This document shows, in pieces, positions 12,701-27,200 of a stretch of DNA of 64,000 nucleotides (position 1 is its first letter; every line of letters begins with the position of its first letter). The DNA comes from the human T2T-CHM13v2.0 reference genome, Homo sapiens: NCBI RefSeq assembly GCF_009914755.1, contig NC_060935.1. The stretch is one strand, 5' to 3'. A program made the position numbers and the translations under genes. The notes beneath the pieces were generated by a model. That model worked only from the letters and a program-made list of their open reading frames with translations. It ran no database searches and was not told the DNA's origin.

Positions 12701-15700
12701 AAACCAAACGGAAGCATTCACAGACAATTCTTAGTGATCATTGCATTGAACTAACAGAGCTGAACATTCCTTTAGATGGCGCAGTTTCCAAACACACTTT
12801 CTTTAGAATCTGCAAGTGGATATTAGGACTTCTCTGAGGATTTCGTTGGAAACGGGATAAACTTCCCAGAACTACACGGAAGCATTGTGAGAAACTTCTT
12901 TGTGATGTTTGCATTCAACTCACAGAGTTGAATCTTGCTTTCATAGTTCAGCTTTCAAACACTCTTTTTGTGGAATCTGCAAGTGGATATTTGGACCACT
13001 TTGTGGCCTTCCTTCGAAACGGGTATATCTTCACATCAAACCTAGACAGAAGCATTCTCAGAATGTTTCCTGTGATGACTGCATTCAACTCACAGAGGTG
13101 AACAATCCTGTTGATGGAGCAGTTTTGAAACTCTCTTTCTTTGGATTCTGCAAGTGGATATGTGGACCTCTGTGAAGATTTCGTTGGAAACGGGTTCATC
13201 TTCACAGAAAAACTAAACAGAAGCATTCTCAGAAACTGCTTTGTGATGTTTGTGTTCCACTTCAGGAATTGAACTTTCCTCTTGACAGAGCAGCTCTGAA
13301 ACCCTCTTATTCTAGAATCTGCAAGTGGACATTTGGAGGGCTTTGAGGCCTGTGGTGGAAAAGGAAAATCTTCACATAAAAACTAGATGGAAGCATTCTC
13401 AGAAACTACTTTGTGATGATTGCATTCGACTCACAGAGTTGAACATTCCTATAGATAGAGCAGGTTGTAAACAATCTTTTTGTAGAATCTGCGATTGGAG
13501 ATTTGGACTGCTTTGAGGCCTACTGTAGTAAAGGAAATAACTTCATCTAAAAACCAAACGGAAGCATTCACAGACAATTCTTAGTGATCATTGGATTGAA
13601 CTAACAGAGCTGAACATTCCTTTAGATGGAGCAGTTTCCAAACCCACTTTCTGTAGAATCTGCAAGTGGATATTTGGACTTCTCTGAGGATTTCGTTGGA
13701 AACGGGATAAACTTCCCAGAACTACACGGAAGCATTGTGAGAAACTTCTTTGTGATGTTTGCATTCAACTCACAGAGTTGAACCTTGCTTTCATAGTTCA
13801 GCTTTCAAACACTCTTTTTGTAGAATCTGCAAGTGGATATTTGGACCACTTTTTGGCCTTCCTTCGAAACGGGTATATCTTCACATCAAACCTAGACAGA
13901 AGCATTCTCAGAATGTTTCCTGTGATGACTGCATTCAATTCACAGAGGTGAACAATCCTGTTGATGGAGCAGTTTTGAAACTCTCTTTCTTTGGATTCTG
14001 CAAGTGGATATGTGGACCTCTGTGAAGATTTCGTTGGAAACGGGTTCATCTTCACAGAAAAACTAAACAGAAGCATTCTCAGAAACTGCTTTGTGATGTT
14101 TGTGTTCCACTTCAAGAATTGAACTTTCCTCTTGACAGAGCAGCTCTGAAACCCTCTTTTTCTAGAATCTGCAAGTGGACATTTGGAGGGCTTTGAGGCC
14201 TGTGGTGGAAAAGGAAAATCTTCACATAAAAACTAGATGGAAGCATTCTCAGAAACTACTTTCTGATGATTGCATTCGACTCACAGAGTTGAACATTCCT
14301 ATAGATAGAGCAGGTTGTAAAAAATCTTTTTATAGAATCTGCGATTGGAGATTTGGACTGCTTTGAGGCCTACAGTAGTAAAGGAAATAACTTCATCTAA
14401 AAACCAAACGGAAGCATTCACAGACAATTCTTAGTGATCATTGCATTGAACTAACAGAGCTGAACATTCCTTTAGATGGCGCAGTTTCCAAACACACTTT
14501 CTGTAGAATCTGCAAGTGGATATTAGGACTTCTCTGAGGATTTCGTTGGAAACGGGATAAACTTCCCAGAACTACACGGAAGCATTGTGAGAAACTTCTT
14601 TGTGATGTTTGCATTCAACTCACAGAGTTGAACCTTGCTTTCATAGTTCACCTTTCAAACACTCTTTTTGTGGAATCTGCAAGTGGATATTTGGACCACT
14701 TTGTGGCCTTCCTTCGAAACGGGTATATCTTCACATCAAACCTAGACAGAAGCATTCTCAGAATGTTTCCTGTGATGACTGCATTCAACTCACAGAGGTG
14801 AACAATCCTGTTGATGGAGCAGTTTTGAAACTCTCTTTCTTTGGATTCTGCAAGTGGATATGTGGACCTCTGTGAAGATTTCGTTGGAAACGGGTTCATC
14901 TTCACAGAAAAACTAAACAGAAGCATTCTCAGAAACTGCTTTGTGATGTTTGTGTTCCACTTCAGGAATTGAACTTTCCTCTTGACAGAGCAGCTCTGAA
15001 ACCCTCTTATTCTAGAATCTGCAAGTGGACATTTGGAGGGCTTTGAGGCCTGTGGTGGAAAAGGAAAATCTTCACATAAAAACTAGATGGAAGCATTCTC
15101 AGAAACTACTTTGTGATGATTGCATTCGACTCACAGAGTTGAACATTCCTATAGATAGAGCAGGTTGTAAACAATCTTTTTGTAGAATCTGCGATTGGAG
15201 ATTTGGACTGCTTTGAGGCCTACTGTAGTAAAGGAAATAACTTCATCTAAAAACCAAACGGAAGCATTCACAGACAATTCTTAGTGATCATTGCATTGAA
15301 CTAACAGAGCTGAACATTCCTTTAGATGGAGCAGTTTCCAAACACACTTTCTGTAGAATCTGCAAGTGGATATTTGGACTTCTCTGAGGATTTCGTTGGA
15401 AACGGGATAAACTTCCCAGAACTACACGGAAGCATTGTGAGAAACTTCTTTGTGATGTTTGCATTCAACTCACAGAGTTGAACCTTGCTTTCATAGTTCA
15501 GCTTTCAAACACTCTTTTTGTAGAATCTGCAAGTGGATATTTGGACCACTTTGTGGCCTTCCTTCGAAACGGGTATATCTTCACATCAAACCTAGACAGA
15601 AGCATTCTCAGAATGTTTCCTGTGATGACTGCATTCAACTCACAGAGGTGAACAATCCTGTTGATGGAGCACTTTTGAAACTCTCTTTCTTTGGATTCTG

Positions 15701-18700
15701 CAAGTGGATATGTGGACCTCTGTGAAGATTTCGTTGGAAACGGGTTCATCTTCACAGAAAAACTAAACAGAAGCATTCTCAAAAACTACTTTGTGATGTT
15801 TGTGTTCCACTTCAAGAATTGAACTTTCCTCTTGACAGAGCAGCTCTGAAAACCTCTTTTTCTAGAATCTGCAAGTGGACATTTGGAGGGCTTTGAGGCC
15901 TGTGGTGGAAAAGGAAAATCTTCACATAAAAACTAGATGGAAGCATTCTCAGAAACTACTTTGTGATGATTGCATTCGACTCACAGAGTTGAACATTCCT
16001 ATAGATAGAGCAGGTTGTAAACAATCTTTTTGTAGAATCTGCGATTGGAGATTCGGACTGCTTTGAGGCCTACTGTAGTAAAGGAAATAACTTCATCTAA
16101 AAACCAAACGGAAGCATTCACAGACAATTCTTAGTGATCATTGCATTGAACTAACAGAGCTGAACATTCCTTTAGATGGCGCAGTTTCCAAACACACTTT
16201 CTGTAGAATCTGCAAGTGGATATTTGGACCTCTCTGAGGATTTCGTTGGAAACGGGATAAACTTCCCAGAACTACACGGAAGCATGCTGAGAAACTTCTT
16301 TGTGATGTTTGCATTCAACTCACAGAGTTGAACCTTGCTTTCATAGTTCAGCTTTCAAACACTCTTTTTGTAGAATCTGCAAGTGGATATTTGGACCACT
16401 TTGTGGCCTTCCTTCGAAACGGGTATATCTTCACATCAAACCTAGACAGAAGCATTCTCAGAATGTTTCCTGTGATGACTGCATTCAACTCACAGAGGTG
16501 AACAATCCTGCTGATGGAGCAGTTTTGAAACTCTCTTTCTTTGGATTCTGCAAGTGGATATGTGGACCTCTGTGAAGATTTCGTTGGAAACGGGTTCATC
16601 TTCACAGAAAAACTAAACAGAAGCATTCTCAGAAACTGCTTTGTGATGTTTGTGTTCCACTTCAGGAATTGAACTTTCCTCTTGACAGAGCAGCTCTGAA
16701 ACCCTCTTATTCTAGAATCTGCAAGTGGACATTTGGAGGGCTTTGAGGCCTGTGGTGGAAAAGGAAAATCTTCACATAAAAACTAGATGGAAGCATTCTC
16801 AGAAACTACTTTGTGATGATTGCATTCGACTCACAGAGTTGAACATTCCTATAGATAGAGCAGGTTGTAAACAATCTTTTTGTAGAATCTGCGATTGGAG
16901 ATTTGGACTGCTTTGAGGCCTACTGTAGTAAAGGAAATAACTTCATCTAAAAACCAAACGGAAGCATTCACAGACAATTCTTAGTGATCATTGGATTGAA
17001 CTAACAGAGCTGAACATTCCTTTAGATGGAGCAGTTTCCAAACCCACTTTCTGTAGAATCTGCAAGTGGATATTTGGACTTCTCTGAGGATTTCGTTGGA
17101 AACGGGATAAACTTCCCAGAACTACAGGGAAGCATTGTGAGAAACTTCTTTGTGATGTTTGCATTCAACTCACAGAGTTGAACCTTGCTTTCATAGTTCA
17201 GCTTTCAAACACTCTTTTTGTAGAATCTGCAAGTGGATATTTGGACCACTTTGTGGCCTTCCTTCGAAACGGGTATATCTTCACATCAAACCTAGACAGA
17301 AGCATTCTCCGAATGTTTCCTGTGATGACTGCATTCAATTCACAGAGGTGAACAATCCTGTTGATGGAGCAGTTTTGAAACTCTCTTTCTTTGGATTCTG
17401 CAAGTTGATATGTGGACCTCTGTGAAGATTTCGTTGGAAACGGGTTCATCTTCACAGAAAAACTAAACAGAAGCATTCTCAGAAACTGCTTTGTGATGTT
17501 TGTGTTCCACTTCAAGAATTGAACTTTCCTCTTGACAGAGCAGCTCTGAAACCCTCTTTTTCTAGAATCTGCAAGTGGACATTTGGAGGGCTTTGAGGCC
17601 TGTGGTGGAAAAGGAAAATCTTCACATAAAAACTAGATGGAAGCATTCTCAGAAACTACTTTGTGATGATTGCATTCGACTCACAGAGTTGAACATTCCT
17701 ATAGATAGAGCAGGTTGTAAACAATCTTTTTATAGAATCTGCGATTGGAGATTTGGACTGCTTTGAGGCCTACAGTAGTAAAGGAAATAACTTCATCTAA
17801 AAACCAAACGGAAGCATTCACAGACAATTCTTAGTGATCATTGCATTGAACTAACAGAGCTGAACATTCCTTTAGATGGCGCAGTTTCCAAACACACTTT
17901 CTGTAGAATCTGCAAGTGGATATTAGGACTTCTCTGAGGATTTCGTTGGAAACGGGATAAACTTCCCAGAACTACACGGAAGCATTGTGAGAAACTTCTT
18001 TGTGATGTTTGCATTCAACTCACAGAGTTGAACCTTGCTTTCATAGTTCAGCTTTCAAACACTCTTTTTGTGGAATCTGCAAGTGGATATTTGGACCACT
18101 TTGTGGCCTTCCTTCGAAACGGGTATATCTTCACATCAAACCTAGACAGAAGCATTCTCAGAATGTTTCCTGTGATGACTGCATTCAACTCACAGAGGTG
18201 AACAATCCTGTTGATGGAGCAGTTTTGAAACTCTCTTTCTTTGGATTCTGCAAGTGGATATGTGGACCTCTGTGAAGATTTCGTTGGAAACGGGTTCATC
18301 TTCACAGAAAAACTAAACAGAAGCATTCTCAGAAACTGCTTTGTGATGTTTGTGTTCCACTTCAGGAATTGAACTTTCCTCTTGACAGAGCAGCTCTGAA
18401 ACCCTCTTATTCTAGAATCTGCAAGTGGACATTTGGAGGGCTTTGAGGCCTGTGGTGGAAAAGGAAAATCTTCACATAAAAACTAGATGGAAGCATTCTC
18501 AGAAACTACTTTGTGATGATTGCATTCGACTCACAGAGTTGAACATTCCTATAGATAGAGCAGGTTGTAAACAATCTTTTTGTAGAATCTGCGATTGGAG
18601 ATTTGGACTGCTTTGAGGCCTACAGTAGTAAAGGAAATAACGTCATCTAAAAACCAAACGGAAGCATTCACAGACAATTCTTAGTGATCATTGCATTGAA

Positions 18701-19116
18701 CTAACAGAGCTGAACATTCCTTTAGATGGCGCAGTTTCCAAACACACTTTCTGTAGAATCTGCAAGTGGATATTAGGACTTCTCTGAGGATTTCGTTGGA
18801 AACGGGATAAACTTCCCAGAACTACACGGAAGCATTGTGAGAAACTTCTTTGTGATGTTTGCATTCAAATCACAGAGTTGAACCTTGCTTTCATAGTTCA
18901 GCTTTCAAACACTCTTTTTGTGGAATCTGCAAGTGGATATTTGGACCACTTTGTGGCCTTCCTTCGAAACGGGTATATCTTCACATCAAACCTAGACAGA
19001 AGCATTCTCAGAATGTTTCCTGTGATGACTGCATTCAACTCACAGAGGTGAACAATCCTGTTGATGGAGCAGTTTTGAAACTCTCTTTCTTTGGATTCTG
19101 CAAGTGGATATGTGGT

Positions 19117-22100
19117 CCTCTGTGAAGATTTCGTTGGAAACGGGTTCATCTTCACAGAAAAACTAAACAGAAGCATTCTCAGAAACTGCTTTGTGATGTT
19201 TGTGTTCCACTTCAGGAATTGAACTTTCCTCTTGACAGAGCAGCTCTGAAACCCTCTTATTCTAGAATCTGCAAGTGGACATTTGGAGGGCTTTGAGGCC
19301 TGTGGTGGAAAAGGAAAATCTTCACATAAAAACTAGATGGAAGCATTCTCAGAAACTACTTTGTGATAATTGCATTCGACTCACAGAGTTGAACATTCCT
19401 ATAGATAGAGCAGGTTGTAAACAATCTTTTTGTTGAATCTGCGATTGGAGATTTGGATTGCTTTGAGGCCTACTGTAGTAAAGGAAATAACTTCATCTAA
19501 AAACCAAACGGAAGCATTCACAGACAATTCTTAGTGATCATTGGATTGAACTAACAGAGCTGAACATTCCTTTAGATGGAGCAGTTTCCAAACACACTTT
19601 CTGTAGAACCTGCAAGTGGATATTTGGACCTCTCTGAGGATTTCGTTGGAAACGGGATAAACTTCCCAGAACTACACGGAAGCATTGTGAGAAACTTCTT
19701 TGTGATGTTTGCATTCAACTCACAGAGTTGAACCTTGCTTTCATAGTTCAGCTTTCAAACACTCTTTTTGTAGAATCTGCAAGTGGATATTTGGACCACT
19801 TTGTGGCCTTCCTTCGAAACGGGTATATCTTCACATCAAACCTAGACAGAAGCATTCTCAGAATGTTTCCTGTGATGACTGCATTCAACTCACAGAGGTG
19901 AACAATCCTGCTGATGGAGCAGTTTTGAAACTCTCTTTCTTTGGATTCTGCAAGTGGATATGTGGACCTCTGTGAAGATTTCGTTGGAAACGGGTTCATC
20001 TTCACAGAAAAACTAAACAGAAACATTCTCAGAAACTGCTTTGTGATGTTTGTGTTCCACTTCAGGAATTGAACTTTCCTCTTGACAGAGCAGCTCTGAA
20101 ACCCTCTTATTCTAGAATCTGCAAATGGACATTTGGAGGGCTTTGAGGCCTGTGGTGGAAAAGGAAAATCTTCACATAAAAACTAGATGGAAGCATTCTC
20201 AGAAACTACTTTGTGATGATTGCATTCGACTCACAGAGTTGAACATTCCTATAGATAGAGCAGGTTGTAAACAATCTTTTTGTAGAATCTGCGATTGGAG
20301 ATTTGGACTGCTTTGAGGCCTACTGTAGTAAAGGAAATAACTTCATCTAAAAACCAAACGGAAGCATTCACAGACAATTCTTAGTGATCATTGGATTGAA
20401 CTAACAGAGCTGAACATTCCTTTAGAAGGCGAAGTTTCCAAACACACTTTCTGTAGAATCTGCAAGTGGATATTTGGACTTCTCTGAGGATTTCGTTGGA
20501 AACGGGATAAACTTCCCAGAACTACACGGAAGCATTGTGAGAAACTTCTTTGTGATGTTTGCATTCAACTCACAGAGTTGAACCTTGCTTTCATAGTTCA
20601 GCTTTCAAACACTCTTTTTGTAGAATCTGCAAGTGGATATTTGGACCACTTTGTGGCCTTCCTTCGAAACGGGTATATCTTCACATCAAACCTAGACAGA
20701 AGCATTCTCAGAATGTTTCCTGTGATGACTGCATTCAACTCACAGAGGTGAACAATCCTGTTGATGGAGCAGTTTTGAAACTCTCTTTCTTTGGATTCTG
20801 CAAGTGGATATGTGGACCTCTGTGAAGATTTCGTTGGAAACGGGTTCATCTTCACAGAAAAACTAAACAGAAGCATTCTCAAAAACTACTTTGTGATGTT
20901 TGTGTTCCACTTCAAGAATTGAACTTTCCTCTTGACAGAGCAGCTCTGAAACCCTCTTTTTCTAGAATCTGCAAGTGGACATTTGGAGGGCTTTGAGGCC
21001 TGTGGTGGAAAAGGAAAATCTTCACATAAAAACTAGATGGAAGCATTCTCAGAAACTACTTTGTGATGATTGCATTCGACTCACAGAGTTGAACATTCCT
21101 ATAGATAGAGCAGGTTGTAAACAATCTTTTTGTAGAATCTGCGATTGGAGATTCGGACTGCTTTGAGGCCTACTGTAGTAAAGGAAATAACTTCATCTAA
21201 AAACCAAACGGAAGCATTCACAGACAATTCTTAGTGATCATTGCATTGAACTAACAGAGCTGAACATTCCTTTAGATGGCGCAGTTTCCAAACACACTTT
21301 CTGTAGAATCTGCAAGTGGATATTTGTACCTCTCTGAGGATTTCGTTGGAAAAGGGATAAACTTCCCAGAACTACACGGAAGCATGCTGAGAAACTTCTT
21401 TGTGATGTTTGCATTCAACTCACAGAGTTGAACCTTGCTTTCATAGTTCAGCTTTCAAACACTCTTTTTGTAGAATCTGCAAGTGGATATTTGGACCACT
21501 TTGTGGCCTTCCTTCGAAACGGGTATATCTTCACATCAAACCTAGACAGAAGCATTCTCAGAATGTTTCCTGTGATGACTGCATTCAACTCCCAGAGGTG
21601 AACAATCCTGCTGATGGAGCAGTTTTGAAACTCTCTTTCTTTGGATTCTGCAAGTGGATATGTGGACCTCTGTGAAGATTTCGTTGGAAACGGGTTCATC
21701 TTCACAGAAAAACTAAACAGAAGCATTCTCAGAAACTGCTTTGTGATGTTTGTGTTCCACTTCAGGAATTGAACTTTCCTCTTGACAGAGCAGCTCTGAA
21801 ACCCTCTTATTCTAGAATCTGCAAGTGGACATTTGGAGGGCTTTGAGGCCTGTGGTGGAAAAGGAAAATCTTCACATAAAAACTAGATGGAAGCATTCTC
21901 AGAAACTACTTTGTGATAATTGCATTCGACTCACAGAGTTGAACATTCCTATAGATAGAGCAGGTTGTAAACAATCTTTTTGTTGAATCTGCGATTGGAG
22001 ATTTGGATTGCTTTGAGGCCTACTGTAGTAAAGGAAATAACTTCATCTAAAAACCAAACGGAAGCATTCACAGACAATTCTTAGTGATCATTGGATTGAA

Positions 22101-24270
22101 CTAACAGAGCTGAACATTCCTTTAGATGGAGCAGTTTCCAAACACACTTTCTGTAGAACCTGCAAGTGGATATTTGGACCTCTCTGAGGATTTCGTTGGA
22201 AACGGGATAAACTTCCCAGAACTACACGGAAGCATTGTGAGAAACTTCTTTGTGATGTTTGCATTCAACTCACAGAGTTGAACCTTGCTTTCATAGTTCA
22301 GCTTTCAAACACTCTTTTTGTAGAATCTGCAAGTGGATATTTGGACCACTTTGTGGCCTTCCTTCGAAACGGGTATATCTTCACATCAAACCTAGACAGA
22401 AGCATTCTCAGAATGTTTCCTGTGATGACTGCATTCAACTCACAGAGGTGAACAATCCTGCTGATGGAGCAGTTTTGAAACTCTCTTTCTTTGGATTCTG
22501 CAAGTGGATATGTGGACCTCTGTGAAGATTTCGTTGGAAACGGGTTCATCTTCACAGAAAAACTAAACAGAAACATTCTCAGAAACTGCTTTGTGATGTT
22601 TGTGTTCCACTTCAGGAATTGAACTTTCCTCTTGACAGAGCAGCTCTGAAACCCTCTTATTCTAGAATCTGCAAATGGACATTTGGAGGGCTTTGAGGCC
22701 TGTGGTGGAAAAGGAAAATCTTCACATAAAAACTAGATGGAAGCATTCTCAGAAACTACTTTGTGATGATTGCATTCGACTCACAGAGTTGAACATTCCT
22801 ATAGATAGAGCAGGTTGTAAACAATCTTTTTGTAGAATCTGCGATTGGAGATTTGGACTGCTTTGAGGCCTACTGTAGTAAAGGAAATAACTTCATCTAA
22901 AAACCAAACGGAAGCATTCACAGACAATTCTTAGTGATCATTGGATTGAACTAACAGAGCTGAACATTCCTTTAGAAGGCGAAGTTTCCAAACACACTTT
23001 CTGTAGAATCTGCAAGTGGATATTTGGACTTCTCTGAGGATTTCGTTGGAAACGGGATAAACTTCCCAGAACTACACGGAAGCATTGTGAGAAACTTCTT
23101 TGTGATGTTTGCATTCAACTCACAGAGTTGAACCTTGCTTTCATAGTTCAGCTTTCAAACACTCTTTTTGTAGAATCTGCAAGTGGATATTTGGACCACT
23201 TTGTGGCCTTCCTTCGAAACGGGTATATCTTCACATCAAACCTAGACAGAAGCATTCTCAGAATGTTTCCTGTGATGACTGCATTCAACTCACAGAGGTG
23301 AACAATCCTGTTGATGGAGCAGTTTTGAAACTCTCTTTCTTTGGATTCTGCAAGTGGATATGTGGACCTCTGTGAAGATTTCGTTGGAAACGGGTTCATC
23401 TTCACAGAAAAACTAAACAGAAGCATTCTCAAAAACTACTTTGTGATGTTTGTGTTCCACTTCAAGAATTGAACTTTCCTCTTGACAGAGCAGCTCTGAA
23501 ACCCTCTTTTTCTAGAATCTGCAAGTGGACATTTGGAGGGCTTTGAGGCCTGTGGTGGAAAAGGAAAATCTTCACATAAAAACTAGATGGAAGCATTCTC
23601 AGAAACTACTTTGTGATGATTGCATTCGACTCACAGAGTTGAACATTCCTATAGATAGAGCAGGTTGTAAACAATCTTTTTGTAGAATCTGCGATTGGAG
23701 ATTCGGACTGCTTTGAGGCCTACTGTAGTAAAGGAAATAACTTCATCTAAAAACCAAACGGAAGCATTCACAGACAATTCTTAGTGATCATTGCATTGAA
23801 CTAACAGAGCTGAACATTCCTTTAGATGGCGCAGTTTCCAAACACACTTTCTGTAGAATCTGCAAGTGGATATTTGTACCTCTCTGAGGATTTCGTTGGA
23901 AAAGGGATAAACTTCCCAGAACTACACGGAAGCATGCTGAGAAACTTCTTTGTGATGTTTGCATTCAACTCACAGAGTTGAACCTTGCTTTCATAGTTCA
24001 GCTTTCAAACACTCTTTTTGTAGAATCTGCAAGTGGATATTTGGACCACTTTGTGGCCTTCCTTCGAAACGGGTATATCTTCACATCAAACCTAGACAGA
24101 AGCATTCTCAGAATGTTTCCTGTGATGACTGCATTCAACTCCCAGAGGTGAACAATCCTGCTGATGGAGCAGTTTTGAAACTCTCTTTCTTTGGATTCTG
24201 CAAGTGGATATGTGGACCTCTGTGAAGATTTCGTTGGAAACGGGTTCATCTTCACAGAAAAACTAAACAG
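19117..24270 (+). repeat. Recent tandem duplication of three HORs (2550-bp period, 2 copies)
   Basis: Rare variants pair at +2550: 19434/21984 (TGTTGAATC), 19609/22159 (AGAACC), 20023/22573 (AAACATTC), 20125/22675 (GCAAATGG), 20427/22977 (TAGAAGGCGAAG), 21327/23877 (TTTGTACC) and 21353/23903. The copies differ at 19116/21666 and 21721/24271, which bound the block. Confidence 0.9.
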
Positions 24271-27200
24271 GAGCATTCTCAGAAACTGCTTTGTGATGTT
24301 TGTGTTCCACTTCAAGAATTGAACTTTCCTCTTGACAGAGCAGCTCTGAAACCCTATTTTTCTAGAATCTGCAAGTGGACATTTGGAGGGCTTTGAGGCC
24401 TGTGGTGGAAAAGGAAAATCTTCACATAAAAACTAGATGGAAGCATTCTCAGAAACTACTTTGTGATGATTGCATTCGACTCACAGAGTTGAACATTCCT
24501 ATAGATAGAGCAGGTTGTAAACAATCTTTTTGTAGAATCTGCGATTGGAGATTTGGACTGCTTTGAGGCCTACTGTAGTAAAGGAAATAACTTCATCTAA
24601 AAACCAAACGGAAGCATTCACAGACAATTCTTAGTGATCATTGGATAGAACTAACAGAGCTGAACATTCCTTTAGATGGAGCAGTTTCCAAACCCACTTT
24701 CTGTAGAATCTGCAAGTGGATATTTGGACTTCTCTGAGGATTTCGTTGGAAACGGGATAAACTTCCCAGAACTACACGGAAGCATTGTGAGAAACTTCTT
24801 TGTGATGTTTGCATTCAACTCACAGAGTTGAACCTTGCTTTCATAGTTCAGCTTTCAAACACTCTTTTTGTAGAATCTGCAAGTGCATATTTGGACCACT
24901 TTGTGGCCTTCCTTCGAAACGGGTATATCTTCACATCAAACCTAGACAGAAGCATTCTCAGAATGTTTCCTGTGATGACTGCATTCAACTCACAGAGGTG
25001 AACAATCCTGTTGATGGAGCAGTTTTGAAACTCTCTTTCTTTGGATTCTGCAAGTGGATATGTGGACCTCTGTGAAGATTTCGTTGGAAACGGGTTGATC
25101 TTCACAGAAAAACTAAACAGAAGCATTCTCAGAAACTGCTTTGTGATGTTTGTGTTCCACTTCAGGAATTGAACTTTCCTCTTGACAGAGCAGCTCTGAA
25201 ACCCTCTTATTCTAGAATCTGCAAGTGGACATTTGGAGGGCTTTGAGGCCTGTGGTGGAAAAGGAAAATCTTCACATAAAAACTAGATGGAAGCATTCTC
25301 AGAAACTACTTTGTGATGATTGCATTCGACTCACAGAGTTGAACATTCCTATAGATAGAGCAGGTTGTAAACAATCTTTTTGTAGAATCTGCGATTGGAG
25401 ATTTGGACTGCTTTGAGGCCTACTGTAGTAAAGGAAATAACTTCATCTAAAAACCAAACGGAAGCATTCACAGACAATTCTTAGTGATCATTGCATTGAA
25501 CTAACAGAGCTGAACATTCCTTTAGATGGAGCAGTTTCCAAACACACTTTCTGTAGAATCTGCAAGTGGATATTTGGACTTCTCTGAGGATTTCGTTGGA
25601 AACGGGATAAAATTCCCAGAACTACACGGAAGCATTGTGAGAAACTTCTTTGTGATGTTTCCATTCAACTCACAGAGTTGAACCTTGCTTTCATAGTTCA
25701 GCTTTCAAACACTCTTTTTGTAGAATCTGCAAGTGGATATTTGGACCACTTTGTGGCCTTCCTTCGAAACGGGTATATCTTCACATCAAACCTAGACAGA
25801 AGCATTCTCACAATGTTTCCTGTGAAGACTGCATTCAACTCACAGAGATGAACAATCCTGTTGATGGAGCACTTTGGAAACTCTCTTTCTTTGGATTCTG
25901 CAAGTTGATATGTGGACCTCTGTGAAGATTTCGTTGGAAACGGGTTCATCTTCACAGAAAAACTAAACAGAAGCATTCTCAAAAACTACTTTGTGATGTT
26001 TGTGTTCCACTTCAAGAATTAAACTTTCCTCTTGACAGAGCAGCTCTGAAAACCTCTTTTTCTAGAATCTGCAAGTGGACATTTGGAGGGCTTTGTGGCC
26101 TGTGGTGGAAAAGGAAAATCTTCACATAAAAACTAGATGGAAGCATTCTCAGAAACTACTTTGTGATGATTGCATTCGACTCACAGAGTTGAACATTCCT
26201 ATAGATAGAGCAGGTTGTAAACAATCTTTTTGTAGAATCTGCGATTGGAGATTCGGACTGCTTTGAGGCCTACTGTAGTAAAGGAAATAACTTCATCTAA
26301 AAACCAAACGGAAGCATTCACAGACAATTCTTAGTGATCATTGCATTGAACTAACAGAGCTGAACATTCCTTTAGATGGCGCAGTTTCCAAACACACTTT
26401 CTGTAGAATCTGCAAGTGGATATTTGGACCTCTCTGAGGATTTGGTTGGAAAAGGGATAAACTTCCCAGAACTACACGGAAGCATGCTGAGAAACTTCTT
26501 TGTGATGTTTGCATTCAACTCACAGAGTTGAACCTTGCTTTCATAGTTCAGCTTTCAAACACTCTTTTTGTAGAATCTGCAAGTGGATATTTGGACCACT
26601 TTGTGGCCTTCCTTCGAAACGGGTATATCTTCACATCAAACCTAGACAGAAGCATTCTCAGAATGTTTCCTGTGATGACTGCATTCAACTCACAGAGGTG
26701 AACAATCCTGTTGATGGAGCACTTTTGAAACTCTCTTTCTTTGGATTCTGCAAGTTGATATGTGGACCTCTGTGAAGATTTCGTTGGAAACGGGTTCATC
26801 TTCACAGAAAAACTAAACAGGAGCATTCTCAGGAACTGCTTTGTGATGTTTGTGTTCCACTTCAGGAATTGAACTTTCCTCTAGACAGAGCAGCTCTGAA
26901 ACCCTCTTATTCTAGAATCTGCAAGTGGACATTTGGAGGGCTTTGAGGCCTGTGGTGGAAAAGGAAAATCTTCACATAAAAACTAGATGGAAGCATTCTC
27001 AGAAACTACTTTGTGATGATTGCATTCGACTCACAGAGTTGAACATTCCTATAGATAGAGCATTTTGTAAACAATCTTTTTGTAGAATCTGCGATTGGAG
27101 ATTTGGACTGCTTTGAGGCCTACTGTAGTAAAGGAAATAACTTCATCTAAAAACCAAACGGAAGCATTCACAGACAATTCTTAGTGATCATTGCATTGAA

